DNA of 64,000 bases from Candidatus Binatia bacterium (GTDB taxonomy: Bacteria > Desulfobacterota > Binatia > Bin18): positions 480,001 to 544,000 of the forward strand of contig CAXXHG010000043.1 of NCBI GenBank assembly GCA_963666315.2, given 5' to 3'. The position numbers and the translations under genes are program-made. This document shows, piece after piece, positions 58,498-64,000 of this stretch (within the stretch, counting starts at the first letter, position 1; the number at the start of each line of letters is the position of its first letter). The notes under the pieces are model-generated. The model searched no databases, was not told the origin of the DNA, and worked only from the letters and a program-made list of their open reading frames with translations.

Positions 58498-58860
58498 TTA
58501 CTCCGCCGTACACCTGGGGTCGCACCCGGCTGCCTGCTGGGCGGCCTCTTGTTCACACAGCTCGCTAGCAGCATAGGTGTTCTTTTGGTCGAGACACTCA
58601 AGAACCTTATTGATCTGAACAGTCATGCAGTTGTTGTAACACTGGGGAGCGTTTGCCCCACCGGCCGCTTCGAGCTTGTCATTCACATAGGCCGTGATTG
58701 CACCAAAACGAGCAAGAATATTGGTGGTGCCCTGTTCGGCTGGTTTTGATGGCGTATAACCATCTGGGTAGCCTTGGGCAGCAATGCCGGAAGATACAGC
58801 CAGGATTGTCCCTAAGCAGATCCCGCCAAGCAGCGTCAGTACGAATTTTTTCGTTTGCAT
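58498..58860 (-). CDS. Small secreted six-cysteine protein (copy A)
   Basis: GGGAGA RBS, signal peptide, GYPDGYTPS, CX3C-X10-C-X12-C-X10-CX3C. Confidence 0.85.
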   Translation of the reverse strand: MQTKKFVLTLLGGICLGTILAVSSGIAAQGYPDGYTPSKPAEQGTTNILARFGAITAYVNDKLEAAGGANAPQCYNNCMTVQINKVLECLDQKNTYAASELCEQEAAQQAAGCDPRCTAE

Positions 58861-58930
58861 AGTATTCTCCCTATTTCCGTATGCCTCTGTGAACCCAACG
58901 CTGGCTGAAAAGTTGTGTCGGGGTATGCGT

Positions 58931-58975
58931 CTCATCTATTTCATTTTACTCATCTATCTCATCTTGCTCGTCTTG
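58931..58975. repeat. 9-bp tandem repeat x5 (ctcatctat-like)
   Basis: ctcatctat/ttcatttta/ctcatctat/ctcatcttg/ctcgtcttg. Confidence 0.7.
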
Positions 58976-58992
58976 TGTCTTAACTCGTCTGA

Positions 58993-59364
58993 TTATGAAT
59001 CCGACTCGCTGCATTTGGGAGCACATGCCGCCATTTTTTGAGCGGCCTCTTTTTCACATGATGCGCTGGTCGCGTACCTATCGTTGGCTTCGGCACAGGC
59101 CAGGACTTCATTCCACGGGGTCGTCAGGCAGCTCCGATAGCATTCCGCTGATTTTTCTCCACCTGCGGCCGCAAGCTTGTCCGTCATATACGTTGTTACA
59201 GCGAAGACCCGGTCTAAGCTTTTCCTCCGTCCACCTTCGGCCTGAGTCGATGGCGTATAGTCTTCGGGATAGCCTTCCTCAGCAGACCCTGGTGGGGCGC
59301 TCCCGAGAGTCAGACTGAAAACAATGCCACCAACAAAACTCAACCAGTAGCGTTTCTTATGCAT
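58993..59364 (-). CDS. Small secreted six-cysteine protein (copy B)
   Basis: GGAGGAGG RBS, signal peptide, GYPEDYTPS, same cysteine spacing as copy A. Confidence 0.85.
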   Translation of the reverse strand: MHKKRYWLSFVGGIVFSLTLGSAPPGSAEEGYPEDYTPSTQAEGGRRKSLDRVFAVTTYMTDKLAAAGGEKSAECYRSCLTTPWNEVLACAEANDRYATSASCEKEAAQKMAACAPKCSESDS

Positions 59365-59464
59365 AGCCCCTCCTCCTCCACACTGAGAGATGGAGTTCTC
59401 ATACCCTCCTCTGCACGGTTGCGCAACTCCAAACAGCAGACTAAGGACAAAGTAGCCCCTGCCG

Positions 59465-59866
59465 ATGGCATTCGGTAAAGATCGTATGCGCCCTGCTATT
59501 TCTCTCAGCATTATTTGGATGTGTCGCGTCGCATCGGTCATCATCGCCTTGTGGTGGCCAGCACTCGTATACGATCCGATCTATACACCCCGGCATGTTC
59601 GTCTTACCCAGCAGGAACTCTATCTTCCAGACGGAGCCGTTCCTCAAACGGCCGATGACCGGGCGATGGCCATCTTTTGGATGTGGAAGCAGCGGACCTT
59701 GGTTGAGGACCCGTGGATCTTTGGTCCGTATCGTGGACTTCGTGATCCGATCGGTCGCAATCAGACCCTGCTGGTAATTGGCATCATCTGGCTGATACGC
59801 GGCGGCTTCTTCATATGGGAACGTTCAACTCCTCACCCTGCTCAAGACAAGCGCGCGTTTTCCTAG
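59465..59866 (+). CDS. Hypothetical small membrane protein
   Basis: Two hydrophobic segments; no recognised motif. Confidence 0.4.
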   Translation: MAFGKDRMRPAISLSIIWMCRVASVIIALWWPALVYDPIYTPRHVRLTQQELYLPDGAVPQTADDRAMAIFWMWKQRTLVEDPWIFGPYRGLRDPIGRNQTLLVIGIIWLIRGGFFIWERSTPHPAQDKRAFS

Positions 59867-59932
59867 ATTCCTCTTTCTAGCAGTGGTCGAGCCTGGCCAG
59901 CTGTGGTACAGCCTGGGGAAAGAGGGAGGCTT

Positions 59933-60370
59933 ATGGCTAAAGAGGAATCGAACATGCCACGTATGGAGCCGGTCGACGATCTCCCCACTGCCGTCATCCG
60001 GGTACGCATGAGCGCGCATGATGCCCATTATGGGGGGAATCTAGTTGATGGGGCGAAAATGTTACAGCTCTTCGGTGATGTTGGGACAGAGCTGCATATC
60101 CGCCTGGATGGCGATGAAGGGCTCTTTCGAGCCTATGACAATGTTGAATTCTTAGCTCCAGTCTATGCCGGAGATTTCATTGAGGCGCATGGGCGTATTA
60201 TCAGAGTTGGACGGACCTCTCGCAAACTCGAATTTGAAGCCTGGAAAGTGATTGGTCCATGCCCGGATCTCTCGGACTCAGCCGCAGATGTGCTAGAAGA
60301 GCCTTTTTTGGTCTGCAAAGCAAGTGGAACAGGGGTAACGCTGCTCGAAAGACAGCGGAAAGAAAAATAG
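59933..60370 (+). CDS. kal: 3-aminobutyryl-CoA ammonia-lyase family hotdog-fold protein
   Basis: [50 protein letters not shown]. Confidence 0.88.
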   Translation: MAKEESNMPRMEPVDDLPTAVIRVRMSAHDAHYGGNLVDGAKMLQLFGDVGTELHIRLDGDEGLFRAYDNVEFLAPVYAGDFIEAHGRIIRVGRTSRKLEFEAWKVIGPCPDLSDSAADVLEEPFLVCKASGTGVTLLERQRKEK

Positions 60371-60466
60371 CCAACTGAGAGCTATGTAATGCATCTATAC
60401 TGAAAGGAGTCGAGACTGATTTGAAAAGTTGCATTTTTTCCCCTCATAATAAACGTCTATACTGGA

Positions 60467-62231
60467 GTGGCACCAGAGGACGAATACAGTGAGGAGGCTC
60501 TCAACACGCAATACGACACTCGCGCAGCGTCCCGCGATGCAGGGAAAGCAGAAGACCAAGGCACAACTGTCAAGGAAATTGAGGCGCTGCACCGGATCAA
60601 CCGGGTGATTAGCGGCGCCCTTGATCCACACGAGACCCTCCAGCGGATTGTTAATGAGACGGTAGACCTACTGGCTGCGCAAAGCGGCTCCGTAATTTTT
60701 TCCATCTGGCGGAAGACGAAGGTGAGGTTTCCACCTCCTATGGCCACGACTCCGTGCTCCAAACCTTACACTATCCGCTTGCCGGCTCTCGTGTCGGCTG
60801 GGTTGTAGAGCGGGAGCAGTCTTTACGGGCCTTTCAACTCACGCCGGACGAATGGCCAACATCCTGGAAATTAGGCGAACAGCTAGGGCTGCTCCGGATG
60901 ATGTCTCTATCCTACTCGCGCCGTTGTGGGTCGAGAATACGTTTGTCGGCGGCCTGGAAGTCGTATGGAAGCCCCACCACAGGACTACTGACCAAGAAGT
61001 TCGACTCTTGGAAGCCATTGCGGTTCAGGCGGCAATGGCGATTACCCATGCCCGACTCTATCAGGAAAAAGAACAGGCGCTGCAGGAAGTACAAACGAGC
61101 GAACAGCGGTTTCGGGCTGCCGCAGAAGGTAGTTTGGACGCACTCTTTTTACTGCAAAGTGTAAGAGACGAGACCGGGAAGATTGTTGACTTTTGCTTTG
61201 TGGACCTCAACTCGCTGGCGGAGCGAATGCTGGCCCTGTCCCGAGAGGAGAGCATTGGACAACACCTGTGTGAGCGCTGGCCGGTCAACAGGACTACAGG
61301 TCTTTTTGACAAATACGTCCAGGGTGTGGAAACCGGAGCGGTTTTAGAGGAGGAAATTTCTTTCTTCGAACCAGAGATTGTCGCACGGTGGTTGTAGTTC
61401 CAAGTTGTCCCTCTGGCCGCCGGAGTTGCCGTTACGTCTCAAGATATCACCGAGCGCAAGCAAGCCGAAGAGGAACGCCAACTCCTGCAGGCCCGATGGA
61501 AGCCGTTGGAACACTGGCTGGGGGCGTTGCGCATGATTTTAATAATATTTTGTCCATGATCTTGGGCTTCACCGAACTCGTCACCGATGAGGTGTCAAAA
61601 GAGAGCCGGGCGCGCAAGAATTTGGACGATGTCATTAAGGCCGGCCGCCGCGCAAAGGACCTGGTTCAGCAGCTTCTTACCTTTAGTCGGTCCGGAGAGC
61701 AAGAGCGACACGTTGTCGATGTGGCCCACGTTATTGAAGAAACGCTGTACTTTCTGCGGGCGTCTCTCTTGCCCACTACTACCCTTACAATCGATGTTGA
61801 CTCGACCGCATCCTTGGCGTTTGCTTGATCCGACCCAGATCCAGCAGGTTGTTATGAACCTGTGTATTAACGCGGCTCGGGCTATGGAGCAGCAGAGAGG
61901 CAGACTGGAGATCAGCCTGCAGCGTGTTCAGGTTCCCCGACGACTCGTGGGTGCAATGTTTACACTTGGGCCAGGAGCATACCTGAAGCTGATGGTCTGT
62001 GATTCGGGCTGTGGCATGCGGCCTGAGGTCGTGTCCCGCATCTTTGAACCGTTCTTTACTACCAAGCCGGCGGGCGAAGGGAGCGGTCTCGGACTGGCCG
62101 TCGTGCATGGTATTGTGACAGACCATAATGGGGCGATAGCGGTTGAGAGCCAACCTGGACAGGGAAGTACGTTTAGCGTGTATCTGCCTGCTTATGAAGG
62201 AGAGCAAGAACAGTATGCTGTGAGGCACTAA
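60467..62231 (+). pseudogene. GAF-PAS sensor histidine kinase, multiply disrupted
   Basis: GAF and PAS segments, in-frame TAG at 61395, GTLAGGVAHDFNN H-box, QQVVMNLCINA, FEPFFTTK..GSGLGL spread across five ORFs. Confidence 0.88.
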
Positions 62232-62286
62232 CGTTCTCACCGGTAGTAAAATCTGAGCGGTGGTAGGACCAAGGAAAGGGTGAGGA

Positions 62287-62652
62287 ATGGCACGTATTCT
62301 GGTCATAGATGACGAAGCGTCGATTCGTACAATGCTTCAGCAGATACTTGAACGCAGTGGGCACGAAGTGGCCGTTGCGACACAAAGGGCAGAAGGTCTG
62401 ACGCTCTTTCAGGAGCATCCTGTCGACCTCGTCATCACCGATATTTTCATGCCCGAAAAGGAAGGCATAGAGACAATTTTGGAGCTTCGCTACCAGTCGT
62501 CACAAACAAAAATCATTGCCATCTCCGGCGGTGGTCGAGCCGGCAACCTCGATTTCTTAGCAACTGCAAAAAATTTTGGCGCACATCATACGCTGGCTAA
62601 ACCGTCTGAGCGCCAAGAGGTCCTTGACCCGGTGAATGCTGTTCTGGCGTAG
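62287..62652 (+). CDS. Single-domain response regulator (CheY-like receiver)
   Basis: ILVIDDE, LVITDIFMPEKEG, IIAISGG, LAKP. Confidence 0.92.
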   Translation: MARILVIDDEASIRTMLQQILERSGHEVAVATQRAEGLTLFQEHPVDLVITDIFMPEKEGIETILELRYQSSQTKIIAISGGGRAGNLDFLATAKNFGAHHTLAKPSERQEVLDPVNAVLA

Positions 62653-62675
62653 TGCTGAAGACTAGCGTAGCCGTG

Positions 62676-63215
62676 TTACGGGGTTTCGTACGCTTCGATT
62701 TTTTTGAGCAGTAATTCGCTATACGACAGTGCGATAAGATCCTGTGGCGTGATCAGCAATGCCTCGCGGTAAAATTGGCATTGGCTGAGTAGCTGCTCTG
62801 TGCCGAGCATCCTATCCTGATCAATCGCTTCGATCTCAATAAAATGGCCGAGCCCATTGACCGCATCGATGTGGAATTTGACGTTGTCAATGAAATAGAT
62901 CTCGCGTTGTTTTTCTACGACAACAAGAATCCCTAAAGCGTGGCTGAGGAGTGCTTTGAGAGTTGAATCCGGCCTCGTCTGAGTGAGTATGACATCCGAA
63001 TGCTTTGGCCCTCGCTGGTTTTTACGTTCGTAATAGATGAGCGCGTTTTCGATCGTGCCCTCTCTGAGCTTGAGTCGTCCGCGAGGGACCTGAAAATAGG
63101 TATCGGTTTGGTGATCAATTCCTCTGAAGTCGGCGTTTTTCGACTGCAGATAAACCCGGACACGCTCCGGATTTGAACAGTGCGCCTTTATTTCGATGAT
63201 GCTGATGTCGGTCAT
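62676..63215 (-). CDS. cyaB: Class IV adenylate cyclase / CYTH domain protein
   Basis: IEIKA, QTDTYF..GRLKLRE, VEKQRE..HIDAV-GLGHFIEIE. Confidence 0.88.
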   Translation of the reverse strand: MTDISIIEIKAHCSNPERVRVYLQSKNADFRGIDHQTDTYFQVPRGRLKLREGTIENALIYYERKNQRGPKHSDVILTQTRPDSTLKALLSHALGILVVVEKQREIYFIDNVKFHIDAVNGLGHFIEIEAIDQDRMLGTEQLLSQCQFYREALLITPQDLIALSYSELLLKKIEAYETP

Positions 63216-63224
63216 AGAAATGCT

Positions 63225-63252
63225 GTCGGGGCGGCCGATTGGGCGCCCCGAC
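63225..63252. repeat. REP-like palindrome (family C-like)
   Basis: gtcggggcg..cgccccgac, intergenic. Confidence 0.55.
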
Positions 63253-63295
63253 GTTGCATGCTGAGAGTCTGGCTGAAGAGAGGAAACGACAGGCC

Positions 63296-64000
63296 TTACG
63301 CGCTGCGCAGCACCCGGCCGGCAAAAGCATCGGTGTGATCGAGTCCTTGCATAAAGACTTGTCCGTTGACCAGGGTGTAATCGTAACCGGAAGATTTCTG
63401 GATGTAACGCCCGCTGCCAGCCGGGAAGTCATGCACAAAGGTTGGCGGCGGGAGGCGCAGATTGTCATAATCAATGACATTCAGGTCGGCATACGCGCCT
63501 TCACGCAGCACACCGCGATCGTGAATATCAAAGAGTTGGGCCGGTTCGGACGTGAGCATATAAATCGCTTGTTCCAGTGCGAAGTGCTGGCGTTCCCTGA
63601 CCCAGTATTTGAGGAAATAGGTCGGCAGGCTGGAATCCATGATCTGGCCACAATGCGCGCCGGAGTCGCCCAGACCAATGACGACCTGGGGGTGATCGAG
63701 CATATGTTGCACAGCGTCAAACTGCGGGTTTAAGAACGGATAGTTGAAGAGCGTTTCACCCTCGTTCTCTAGCGCGAGACGTATGAAAGCTTCGCCCGGG
63801 CTCACACCAAGACGATCGGCGTGTGTTTGGAGACTGTCTTCTGTCCCCAGATCATACCGAACCTCACCCTTAGGCAGAACAAAGATTTGGCTGAAATCAA
63901 TCGACGGCGGATCATCCTTGGCTTCGCGGACCATCTGGGCGCAGTATTCTGGATTACGCAGCTTGACGACTTTTTCTTTGAGACGCAGATCGCGCAGCGC
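63296..64000 (-). CDS. N-acyl-D-amino-acid deacylase family amidohydrolase (C-terminal part; runs off the window)
   Basis: GLGDSGAH, WVRER, DRGVLREG-YADLNVID, DFPAG, TLVNG; homologous to 13466-15151. Confidence 0.9.
   Translation of the reverse strand, partial: ALRDLRLKEKVVKLRNPEYCAQMVREAKDDPPSIDFSQIFVLPKGEVRYDLGTEDSLQTHADRLGVSPGEAFIRLALENEGETLFNYPFLNPQFDAVQHMLDHPQVVIGLGDSGAHCGQIMDSSLPTYFLKYWVRERQHFALEQAIYMLTSEPAQLFDIHDRGVLREGAYADLNVIDYDNLRLPPPTFVHDFPAGSGRYIQKSSGYDYTLVNGQVFMQGLDHTDAFAGRVLRSA

Noticed and set aside
7638-61397. In-frame TAG codons in the PheC-like gene (about 7638-7640) and the sensor kinase (61395-61397) as pyrrolysine or amber recoding
   Set aside because: Both genes also carry frameshifts or deletions, TAG ends several normal genes in the window, and no pyl genes are visible
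1986-63252. Palindromic repeats as a CRISPR array
   Set aside because: Copies are dispersed and variable, without regular spacers, and there are no cas genes

Overview
About 55% GC chromosomal window from a diderm bacterium with a catabolic gene set: six LLM oxidoreductases, three amidohydrolases, two CaiB CoA-transferases, SDRs and a BVMO. This repertoire resembles Binatota/deltaproteobacteria-like organisms (inference only). I found no rRNA, tRNA, CRISPR array, integrase or transposase. Main points: (1) a hidden selenoprotein, where ORFs 26566-27012 and 27031-27720 form one PrdB/GrdB-family gene joined by an in-frame TGA in a U-x-x-C motif, lying between an amidohydrolase and a cupin with no PrdA/GrdE partner in the window; (2) a tandemly amplified TetR-MMPL/RND(x3 plus a remnant)-LolA-like-AMIN/DUF1302-barrel lipid or hydrophobe transport locus whose three pumps differ at the TM4 relay position (D/N/Y); (3) two tandem secreted mini-proteins with a symmetric CX3C-X10-C-X12-C-X10-CX3C ladder; (4) a TrpC homologue lacking catalytic residues; (5) a perfect 44-bp palindrome inside motA; (6) cargo segments flanked by duplicated gene 3' ends, toxin-first decay of three TA loci, many disrupted genes and several REP-like repeat families. 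All family calls come from motif recognition by eye, not database searches.
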